Position numbers and translations under genes: made by a program
The notes under the pieces: model-generated
What the model was told of the DNA's origin: nothing
Databases searched by the model: none
Seen by the model: the letters and a program-made list of their open reading frames with translations, nothing else
Source of the DNA: Gammaproteobacteria bacterium
Lineage (GTDB): Bacteria; Pseudomonadota; Gammaproteobacteria; Eutrophobiales; Eutrophobiaceae
DNA length: 64,000 nucleotides
NCBI GenBank assembly: GCA_965238225.1
Contig: OZ250183.1
Coordinates: 704,001-768,000 of the forward strand
Reading direction: 5' to 3'
In this document: piece after piece, positions 56,267 through 64,000 of the stretch
Layout of the letters: every line of letters begins with the position of its first letter
How positions within the stretch are numbered: the first letter of the stretch is position 1

Positions 56267-57378
56267 TGTGGACAGCCTTAGACCACCAATACATGTCTCG
56301 CGCTTTACAACTAGCGCGACGCGGCCTTTATAGTACCGATCCAAATCCTCGTGTAGGTTGTGTCATTGTTAAATCTGATGTTATCCTGTCGGAGGGATGG
56401 CATCAAAGAGCCGGGCAAGCACATGCAGAAATCGAAGCTCTAAACAATGCATCAGAGGATGTCCATGGGGCGACTTGCTATGTAACATTAGAGCCATGCG
56501 CGCATCATGGATATACATCACCTTGTACTGAATCTTTGATAAGCGCTGGCATTAAAAGAGTTGTAGCAGCAGCCATTGATCCCAACCCACTGGTTGCAGG
56601 TAAGGGATTGCAGCAGCTAAAAGAAGCCGGCATTACAACAGCCAGTGGCTTGATGGCAGCACAGGCATCTGCATTAAATCCTGGTTTTGAAATGCGTATG
56701 CAGCAAGGACGTCCGTTTGTGAGATGCAAATTGGCGATGAGTCTGGATGGGAAAACTGCATTGTCAAATGGCGAGAGTAAATGGATTAGTAGTTCGGAAT
56801 CTAGAATGGATGTGCAAAAATTGCGCGCACGTAGTTCTGCAATAATGACCGGTATAGGTACTATCATTGCAGATAATCCGTCAATGAATGTTAGATCGTC
56901 TGAATTGTCGGATTGGACAACGCAAGCAAGACAGCCATTGAGAGTAATACTAGATTCTAATCTTCAGATATTACCTGAAGCAAAGATACTAAATATTGCG
57001 GGCAATGTGATTATTTTTCATGCGTCAGAAGATAAAAAAAACAAACAAAACCTTGAAAAATCTGGCGCTGAATTGGTCTTTGTGCAAGCAAAAAAAAGAC
57101 CAGAGTTTCTTGAATACGTTTTAGCTTATTTGGCGACAGAAAAAGAGATTAACGAGGTTCTTCTGGAGGCAGGTTCAATTTTGGCTGGTGAGATGATGCA
57201 AGCAGGTTTCATTGATGAATTGGTTCTCTATCTTGCGCCAAGCTTGCTAGGTCAGGGCGCTAAAGGCTTGTTTCAGTTGCCTTTGCTCAGCAATATGTCT
57301 GAACGGATTTCTTTAGATTATTCAGATATAATGTTCATTGGCAAGGATATCAGAATCAAGGTAACAGTTAATAGATAA
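56263..57378 (+). CDS. ribD: Bifunctional riboflavin deaminase/reductase
   Basis: [17 protein letters not shown]....[14 protein letters not shown]. Confidence 0.95.
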   Translation: MMWTALDHQYMSRALQLARRGLYSTDPNPRVGCVIVKSDVILSEGWHQRAGQAHAEIEALNNASEDVHGATCYVTLEPCAHHGYTSPCTESLISAGIKRVVAAAIDPNPLVAGKGLQQLKEAGITTASGLMAAQASALNPGFEMRMQQGRPFVRCKLAMSLDGKTALSNGESKWISSSESRMDVQKLRARSSAIMTGIGTIIADNPSMNVRSSELSDWTTQARQPLRVILDSNLQILPEAKILNIAGNVIIFHASEDKKNKQNLEKSGAELVFVQAKKRPEFLEYVLAYLATEKEINEVLLEAGSILAGEMMQAGFIDELVLYLAPSLLGQGAKGLFQLPLLSNMSERISLDYSDIMFIGKDIRIKVTVNR

Positions 57379-57513
57379 AATAATAAGTAAACATCTAATA
57401 CACTGTCGGTCAACATACTTAATATAATAAAAATTATAAATTTATTTATTCGTAAATTTTCACAGCCTGTTATTATTTGTAATAATTTTTAATTGACAAT
57501 GACTTAATTAAGG

Positions 57514-59196
57514 ATGGTCAGTATGTCAGATATTGAAATTGCACAACAAGCGAATAAGAAGCGTATTATTGATCTAGCCAAAGATCGATATAGCATTGCA
57601 AGCGATCATTTAGAGCCTTACGGCCATTACAAGGCAAAACTGTCTCTGAATTATATTGAAAGTCTGGAAGATAAAAAGGATAGCAAGCTCGTTCTGGTAA
57701 CGGCCGTTAGCCCGACCCCAGCTGGAGAGGGTAAGACTACAACTACAGTAGGTTTAGGTGATGCGCTCAATCGTATCGGCAAAAAAGCCATTATATGCCT
57801 CCGTGAACCGTCACTTGGTCCTTGTTTTGGTGTTAAAGGTGGCGCAGCAGGCGGTGGCTATGCTCAGATCGTTCCTATGGAAGACATCAACCTTCACTTT
57901 ACTGGAGATTTCCATGCCATTGGCGTAGCCCATAACCTGTTATCAGCCATGATTGATAACCACATTCATCATGGCAATGAACTTGGCATCGATCTGCGTC
58001 GAATACAATGGAAACGTGTTGTTGACATGAACGACCGTGCGTTACGAAAAATAACCGTTGGCATGGGTGGTTCTGCTAATGGTTATTTACGCGAAGATGG
58101 TTACGATATTGTTGTTGCCTCTGAAGTCATGGCGATTCTTTGTTTGGCAACCAGTCGTGCTGACTTGAAAGAACGCTTGGGTCGAATAGTCATCGCTTAT
58201 AAGCAAGACAACAAAACGCCAGTTTACGCAAGAGAACTGAATGTACATGGCGCAATGGCAGCTTTACTTAAAGATGCTATCAATCCTAATTTGGTGCAAA
58301 CCCTAGAAAATAATATCGCAATTGTCCATGGCGGCCCTTTTGCCAATATTGCACATGGTTGCAATACAGTTACAGCAACCAAGACTGGCTTAAAGTTGGC
58401 TGATTACGTCATTACAGAAGGGGGTTTTGGCGCTGATTTGGGCGCTGAAAAATTCATTGATATTAAGTCACGCATGGCAGGGCTCGATCCTGCCGCGATT
58501 GTACTTGTTGCAACTATTCGTGCAATGAAATATCACGGTGGCGTAGCAAAAACAGATCTGAATAATGAGAACCTTGAAGCACTGGACAAAGGTATGGTGA
58601 ATATGGAACGTCATATTAAAAACATTACAGACGTATATGGTCTGCCTTGTATTGTCTGTCTGAATCATTTCACTTTAGATACCGATGCAGAAATTAATAT
58701 GTTGCTTGAGCGTTGTAAATCTCTCGGTGTCAAAGCCGTGGTTTCCAAGCATTGGGCTGATGGTGGCGCTGGTGCCGAAGAATTAGCAAAAGAAGTTGCC
58801 GATGTTGTCGATAATAATCCAGGTATACACAAATTCGTCTATAAAAATGAAGATTCTTTATGGGAGAAGATAGAAAAAATTGCCACTAAGGTCTACGGTG
58901 CAGCAAGTATCTCTGCAGATGTAAAAGTTAAACAGCAGTTAGATGACTGGAATAGAGAATATGGTTCTTACCCGGTTTGTATTGCCAAGACACAAATGTC
59001 TTTTTCAACTGATCCGACAGCCATCGGCGCACCTTCTGGACATAATGTTCACATAAATGAAGTTCGACTTGCTAATGGTGCAGGTTTTGTCGTAGCCATC
59101 GCGGGTAATATGATGACTATGCCAGGTTTACCTAAAGCTTCTGCGGCAGAACGCATCGATATTGATGATAATGGAAATATTTCCGGTCTGTTCTAA
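57514..59196 (+). CDS. fhs: Formate--tetrahydrofolate ligase
   Basis: [57 protein letters not shown]. Confidence 0.97.
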   Translation: MVSMSDIEIAQQANKKRIIDLAKDRYSIASDHLEPYGHYKAKLSLNYIESLEDKKDSKLVLVTAVSPTPAGEGKTTTTVGLGDALNRIGKKAIICLREPSLGPCFGVKGGAAGGGYAQIVPMEDINLHFTGDFHAIGVAHNLLSAMIDNHIHHGNELGIDLRRIQWKRVVDMNDRALRKITVGMGGSANGYLREDGYDIVVASEVMAILCLATSRADLKERLGRIVIAYKQDNKTPVYARELNVHGAMAALLKDAINPNLVQTLENNIAIVHGGPFANIAHGCNTVTATKTGLKLADYVITEGGFGADLGAEKFIDIKSRMAGLDPAAIVLVATIRAMKYHGGVAKTDLNNENLEALDKGMVNMERHIKNITDVYGLPCIVCLNHFTLDTDAEINMLLERCKSLGVKAVVSKHWADGGAGAEELAKEVADVVDNNPGIHKFVYKNEDSLWEKIEKIATKVYGAASISADVKVKQQLDDWNREYGSYPVCIAKTQMSFSTDPTAIGAPSGHNVHINEVRLANGAGFVVAIAGNMMTMPGLPKASAAERIDIDDNGNISGLF

Positions 59197-59310
59197 TAAG
59201 GCGGTCTAGAAAAAATAAAAAAATTCATAAGCGATGTAGATTCTTTAAATATGATATTTAATTACATGGTAATTTTATCAGATGATACAGTCTTATATAA
59301 TAATTAATGC

Positions 59311-59862
59311 ATGATGCATAAAATATCTCTAATTACTGTACCGCTTGTTATAGTATTTCTAGCCGCTATTATCTGTCTGTGGGTGTCGCCGAACGGGATT
59401 AGCCAAGCGCCAAACATTAGACTCACTATCACAGATGGAACAAGCATTGATTTAAAAAAGCTACGAGGCAAGCCGGTTTTAGTGACTTTTTGGGCAACCT
59501 CTTGTGTTAGTTGTGTGCGCGAAATACCATACTTGATCACACTTTATAGTGAGCTTTCTGATGACGGTTTGGAAATCATTGGTGTAGCTATGCCTTATGA
59601 TCCACCCAATCATGTAGTTGAAATGATTGCCGAACGAGAAATTCCCTATCCTGTCGCGATTGATATTGAGGGTAATGCGGTCGTTGCTTTTGGTGATGTG
59701 ATTGTTACACCAACATCCTTTTTAATTGCTCCAGATGGTACAATTACCAAACATACTATTGGTGAAATGGATATGGATGAATTTCGTGATTCGATACTTT
59801 CAATGTTATCGAATCAAAATACAGTGAGCAGCTTAAACTTAATTTCTATATCTTTATCCTGA
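59311..59862 (+). CDS. TlpA/ResA-like thiol-disulfide oxidoreductase
   Basis: N-terminal TM helix, FWATSCVSCVREIP, AMPYDPP, TPTSFLI. Confidence 0.88.
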   Translation: MMHKISLITVPLVIVFLAAIICLWVSPNGISQAPNIRLTITDGTSIDLKKLRGKPVLVTFWATSCVSCVREIPYLITLYSELSDDGLEIIGVAMPYDPPNHVVEMIAEREIPYPVAIDIEGNAVVAFGDVIVTPTSFLIAPDGTITKHTIGEMDMDEFRDSILSMLSNQNTVSSLNLISISLS

Positions 59863-59877
59863 CTAGAGCCTCACATC

Positions 59878-60303
59878 ATGCTTTGGGCTAAAGCTTTACA
59901 TCTTATTTTTATGGTGACTTGGTTTGCAGGTCTTTTTTATCTCCCACGACTTTTTATTTATCATTCCATAAGCGAAGACGAAATAAGTATTAAGCGCTTC
60001 AAGCTCATGGAGCGGAAACTGTTCTTTGGTATTATGACTCCGGGCGCAATTCTAACTATAATCTTTGGTTTTTTGACATTGTTTGCAAGTGATTTAGGAG
60101 CTTATGCAGAAATGTCATGGCTTCATATAAAGTTGTCTTTAATTTTTGTGCTGGTTATTTATCATATATATTGTGGAAAATTGTTATTGGATTTTAAACA
60201 TGACCGTAACAATCATGGTCGTACATTTTACCGTTGGTTGAATGAATTTCCGGTATTACTTTTGGTTGTGATTATTATTTTAGCAGTAGTCAGACCTTTT
60301 TAA
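59878..60303 (+). CDS. hemJ: Protoporphyrinogen oxidase HemJ
   Basis: KALHLIF..TWFAGLFYLPRLF.YH, MERKL, WLHIKL, RWLNEFP. Confidence 0.9.
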   Translation: MLWAKALHLIFMVTWFAGLFYLPRLFIYHSISEDEISIKRFKLMERKLFFGIMTPGAILTIIFGFLTLFASDLGAYAEMSWLHIKLSLIFVLVIYHIYCGKLLLDFKHDRNNHGRTFYRWLNEFPVLLLVVIIILAVVRPF

Positions 60304-60391
60304 TCTATATCATAGATAGTAGATTAAAATATTTTTTCAGACTCTGCCCAAGCAAAAAGTAATTTACCTTAATTTTTTTATAAATTATTTG

Positions 60392-60556
60392 TCAAATCTC
60401 AATCATTTCAAAATCGGCTTTCGGTGCTGAACATTCTGGACATATCCAGTCTTCAGGTACATCCTCCCATTTAGTGCCCGCCTCAATCCCATCTTCTGGC
60501 CAACCTTTCTCTTCTTCGTAAACAAAACCGCAAATTGTGCACATATATTGTTTCAT
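60392..60556 (-). CDS. Rubredoxin (54 aa, below the ORF-track cut-off)
   Basis: [54 protein letters not shown]. Divergent from thiD-thiE-hemL, a common synteny. Confidence 0.95.
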   Translation of the reverse strand: MKQYMCTICGFVYEEEKGWPEDGIEAGTKWEDVPEDWICPECSAPKADFEMIEI

Positions 60557-60644
60557 TAAATTATCCTTAATATACTGAATTTATGAAATCTACATATTAT
60601 AACAAGCTAGACTCATTTAAAATGACTGTTAATGAACAAAAACT

Positions 60645-61442
60645 ATGAATAAACCAACTACGAATAAACCTGTTGTCCTTGTGCTGGCGGCCCATGATCC
60701 CTCTGGTGGCGCCGGTATTCAGGCAGATATTGAAACACTGGCGGCGCATGAATGCATTGCGACCTCAGTTATCACCTCACTAACAGCTCAAAATACGCAA
60801 TCATTTTCTTATCACATTCCTCAAGCAACAGGAGATTTTATCTCTCAGACCAAACTCATTGTAGATGATATTAATATCAATGTTTGTAAAATTGGCGCGA
60901 TTGGTTCCCGAGAATTAATTTGTGCAATTCATAAATTAATTGCAGATAAAGATTTCCCGGTAATTTTTGATCCTGTTCTGCAATCGACAGTAGGTCATGA
61001 TTTCTCTGATGAAGAAACATGTAGTTTACTTTGCGACCTTATCGTACCGCTTGCGAAAATAATTACACCAAATCGTGATGAGGCAATGCGATTAACGGGA
61101 GAATGCGATTTGCAATCAGCAGCAAAAAAATTGCTTGATATGAATTGTAAAAATGTTTTAATTACAGACGCAGAAGATTCTAAAACAGAAATTCACAATC
61201 ATCTTTACCAAGAAGATGGCCGGTGTCAAAAATTTACCTATGAACGTCTGTCTGAAAATTTTCATGGTTCAGGTTGTACGTTGGCTTCTGCAATCAGTGC
61301 AAATCTTGCAAAAAATATCGAACTCATACAATCGATTGAACAAGCTCAGGAATTCACTTGGCAAAGTCTTAAATATGGCTTGCAGCTAGGCAAGGGACAA
61401 ATACACCCGAATCGTTCTTTTAAACAATCAAGTGTTAAATAA
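60645..61442 (+). CDS. thiD: Hydroxymethylpyrimidine/phosphomethylpyrimidine kinase
   Basis: DPSGGAGIQAD, LTAQNT, DPV, TPN..EA, FHGSGCTLAS. Confidence 0.88.
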   Translation: MNKPTTNKPVVLVLAAHDPSGGAGIQADIETLAAHECIATSVITSLTAQNTQSFSYHIPQATGDFISQTKLIVDDININVCKIGAIGSRELICAIHKLIADKDFPVIFDPVLQSTVGHDFSDEETCSLLCDLIVPLAKIITPNRDEAMRLTGECDLQSAAKKLLDMNCKNVLITDAEDSKTEIHNHLYQEDGRCQKFTYERLSENFHGSGCTLASAISANLAKNIELIQSIEQAQEFTWQSLKYGLQLGKGQIHPNRSFKQSSVK

Positions 61443-61444
61443 TC

Positions 61445-62083
61445 GTGAGATTCAACATAAAAGGGCTTTATGTAATTACTGATACAAGTAACATTAGTTC
61501 AGAAATAATGTTCGCTAGAACAAAAGAAATTTTACGTGCAGGCGCAAAGCTTTTGCAGTACAGAAATAAACAGGCAGATGCAAGCACGCGTATTAGAGAA
61601 GCAAAAAAACTCCACGAATTATGTCGACAATACTCAGTGCCTCTGATTATTAATGATGATGTTAAGCTCGCATCACAAGTAGACGCCGATGGCGTGCATT
61701 TAGGCAAAGATGATTCATCTATTGTTGCTGCTAAAGCGCAGCTTAAAAGCGAAGCAATAATTGGTTGTTCCTGTTATAATGACTTCGGCAACGCAGAACA
61801 AGCTGCAAAGTCTGGTGCTGATTATATTGCTTTTGGCGCATTTTACCCTTCACCGACAAAACCTGAGGCAGTACACGCCACACCTGATATTATTCAAACG
61901 GCCAAACAAAAATTCAAACTCCCCGTGGTTGCTATTGGTGGTATTACACCAGAAAATGGGCAATCCTTAATTGCAGCGGGTGCTGATATGTTGGCGGTCG
62001 TGAGCGGGCTTTATAATTCTGAAACTTCGTTTACCACAACAATGAAATATATAAATTTATTCCAAGAATCTATGAGGCAATAA
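61445..62083 (+). CDS. thiE: Thiamine-phosphate synthase
   Basis: QYRNK, LIINDD, GVHLG..D, DYIAFG..Y.S.TK, VAIGGI. Confidence 0.93.
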   Translation: MRFNIKGLYVITDTSNISSEIMFARTKEILRAGAKLLQYRNKQADASTRIREAKKLHELCRQYSVPLIINDDVKLASQVDADGVHLGKDDSSIVAAKAQLKSEAIIGCSCYNDFGNAEQAAKSGADYIAFGAFYPSPTKPEAVHATPDIIQTAKQKFKLPVVAIGGITPENGQSLIAAGADMLAVVSGLYNSETSFTTTMKYINLFQESMRQ

Positions 62084-62253
62084 AGTTACAAGAGAGGCAA
62101 ATGAAAAAATTTTTATTTTTTTGATATTTTAGTTTGATGCTTTGAAGTGAATAGGCAGTCTATTTTATTAAAAAATTGGAAGTAAAAAATAGATAAGATT
62201 AAAAAAATTTCATCCTGAAGATAGATTATCCATTACTTAAAACACTTTTATAT

Positions 62254-63525
62254 ATGACAAAAAATTTATTTAAAGCTGCACAAGAGCACATCCCCGGAGG
62301 TGTAAACTCACCAGTGCGCGCATTCAAATCCGTTGGTGGCGATCCGGTATTTTTATCCAAAGCAGAGGGCGCCTATGTTTATGCTAGCGACGGCAAACAA
62401 TACATTGATTATGTAGGTTCATGGGGAGCTATGGTTCTAGGCCATGCTCATCCAGACGTAATTAAGGTCGTACAGGAGACTTCTGAAAATGGACTTAGTT
62501 TTGGCGCACCGACAGAACTCGAAACGAAAATGGCCAACAAGATTTGCGCGCTCATGGAAAATATTGAAAAGGTACGCATGGTAAGCTCAGGCACAGAAGC
62601 TGCTATGAGTGCGATTCGACTTGCCAGAGGGTTTACCGGTAGAGATAAGATAGTTAAATTTGAAGGTTGTTATCATGGACATGCAGACTCGTTGTTAGTT
62701 AAAGCGGGGTCAGGTGCTCTAACACTCGGTGTTCCGACTTCTCCCGGGGTTCCTCTAGATTTGGCACAACACACCATCACCTTGAGCTATAATAATCCTG
62801 AACAAATTGAAAAAACATTTAATGAAATTGGCGATAAAATCTCCGCTGTTATCGTTGAACCCATCGCAGGTAATATGAATTGCGTCCCCGCTACACAAAT
62901 ATTTCTGGAGTTATTAAGAAATGTCTGTGACAAATACCAAAGTGTGCTTATCTTTGATGAAGTCATGTCTGGCTTTCGTGTTGCGCTTGGTGGCGCTCAA
63001 TCACTCTACAATGTAACGCCTGACCTCACTATATTAGGCAAAGTCATCGGCGGCGGCATGCCAGTGGGCGCTTTTGGTGGTCATAAAGACATTATGAATC
63101 ACATTGCCCCAGATGGTCCGGTTTATCAAGCAGGAACACTCTCTGGAAATCCAATAGTCATGAGCGCAGGATTGGCAACATTAGATTTGATTGCAAAAGC
63201 AAACTTCTTTGAAGAATTATCAAAGACAACAAAATTATTAGTTGATGGTTTGCAGAAGGTAGCGGATGCAGCAGGAATACCTTTTACCACCAATTCAGTC
63301 GGCGGCATGTTTGGATTATTTTTCAGCGAGGAAACAAATATCTCTTCATTTGACCAAGTCATGAACTGCAATAAAGAACAGTTCAATACTTTTTTTCATG
63401 GTATGTTAGAACAGGGCATCTATCTTGCGCCTTCTTCATTCGAAACAGGTTTTGTTTCCAAGTCTCACACTAGAAAAGAAATTGAAGAAACTATTATCGC
63501 CGCAAGTGAAGTAATGAAAAAATAA
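62254..63525 (+). CDS. hemL: Glutamate-1-semialdehyde 2,1-aminomutase
   Basis: [50 protein letters not shown]. Confidence 0.97.
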   Translation: MTKNLFKAAQEHIPGGVNSPVRAFKSVGGDPVFLSKAEGAYVYASDGKQYIDYVGSWGAMVLGHAHPDVIKVVQETSENGLSFGAPTELETKMANKICALMENIEKVRMVSSGTEAAMSAIRLARGFTGRDKIVKFEGCYHGHADSLLVKAGSGALTLGVPTSPGVPLDLAQHTITLSYNNPEQIEKTFNEIGDKISAVIVEPIAGNMNCVPATQIFLELLRNVCDKYQSVLIFDEVMSGFRVALGGAQSLYNVTPDLTILGKVIGGGMPVGAFGGHKDIMNHIAPDGPVYQAGTLSGNPIVMSAGLATLDLIAKANFFEELSKTTKLLVDGLQKVADAAGIPFTTNSVGGMFGLFFSEETNISSFDQVMNCNKEQFNTFFHGMLEQGIYLAPSSFETGFVSKSHTRKEIEETIIAASEVMKK

Positions 63526-63574
63526 TCAATGACAAAATTTTTATTTTAAATAAATTGTTTTAATTGAAATTGTT

Positions 63575-64000
63575 TTAATTATTTAAGTTTGCCACTTCTT
63601 CAAGCTTTGGAAAGGTAAACATAAAATCTGTGCTCGATAAAGGCTTATGGCAAACTGCACAATCAAGGTTATTTTTCTTTGGCATTCCTTTTGTGTCATA
63701 TAAAGCAAAACCCCAACCCCCAGCGCGTTCATTCTCAGGATAATCTGCGCCCCAATCATTACGTTTTTCCATCACGGCAACAGCAGCATTTTTCTTTTTT
63801 ATGAATAAACCGTTTTTACTAATAACTGGTGCGCCTGCTTCGTCAATTTCAGGTTTATGTATCTCCATGATGATAGTAGAGCCTTCAGAAAGTGTGCCAC
63901 TTCTTACGCTGTTGATTGCTATGTCATTGGCATACATATCAGCAATTTGTTTGTTGTTGGAGCGGTTCTGGGTGTTGTAATACGTAAATGAATTCTTATA
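63575..64000 (-). CDS. Cytochrome P460 / c'-beta family heme protein (5' end lies outside the window)
   Basis: Frame open to the window edge (YKNSFTYYNTQNR...). YAN..A, EGSTIIME, VAVMEK, GGWGFA.Y, C-terminal CAVCH...DFMF. Confidence 0.85.
   Translation of the reverse strand, partial: YKNSFTYYNTQNRSNNKQIADMYANDIAINSVRSGTLSEGSTIIMEIHKPEIDEAGAPVISKNGLFIKKKNAAVAVMEKRNDWGADYPENERAGGWGFALYDTKGMPKKNNLDCAVCHKPLSSTDFMFTFPKLEEVANLNN

Noticed and set aside
60392-63525. Rubredoxin-thiD-thiE-hemL as a novel cluster
   Set aside because: This order is common in Gamma- and Betaproteobacteria.

Overview
AT-rich (roughly 38% GC by eye) gammaproteobacterial chromosome segment, almost all housekeeping genes: yajQ, apbE, mltF, srkA, metG-rnfABCDG, apbC-dcd, cysG, htpX, purL, purB, pyrC-rnt, mtaD, the gyrA-serC-pheA-hisC-tyrA-aroA-cmk-rpsA-ihfB-lapA-lapB-pyrF cluster, mfd, glyA-nrdR-ribD-fhs, hemJ, rubredoxin-thiD-thiE-hemL and a cytochrome P460-family gene. 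I saw no rRNA, tRNA, CRISPR array, IS element or prophage. Reading between the ORFs shows strong genome erosion, with about eight pseudogenes: a fae homologue, a Sel1-repeat gene, slyX, a purB-linked hypothetical, a nuclease-fold orphan, mtnA, lapB and hpt. MetG has also lost its C-terminal domain and left a recognisable remnant. This suggests a host-associated or otherwise reducing lineage with a C1-metabolism background. The most unusual intact system is an Rnf operon with no rnfE and a cysteine-free RnfA (both membrane [2Fe-2S] ligands replaced), while the cofactor motifs of RnfB, C, D and G are kept. All family assignments come from motif recognition by eye, not database searches.
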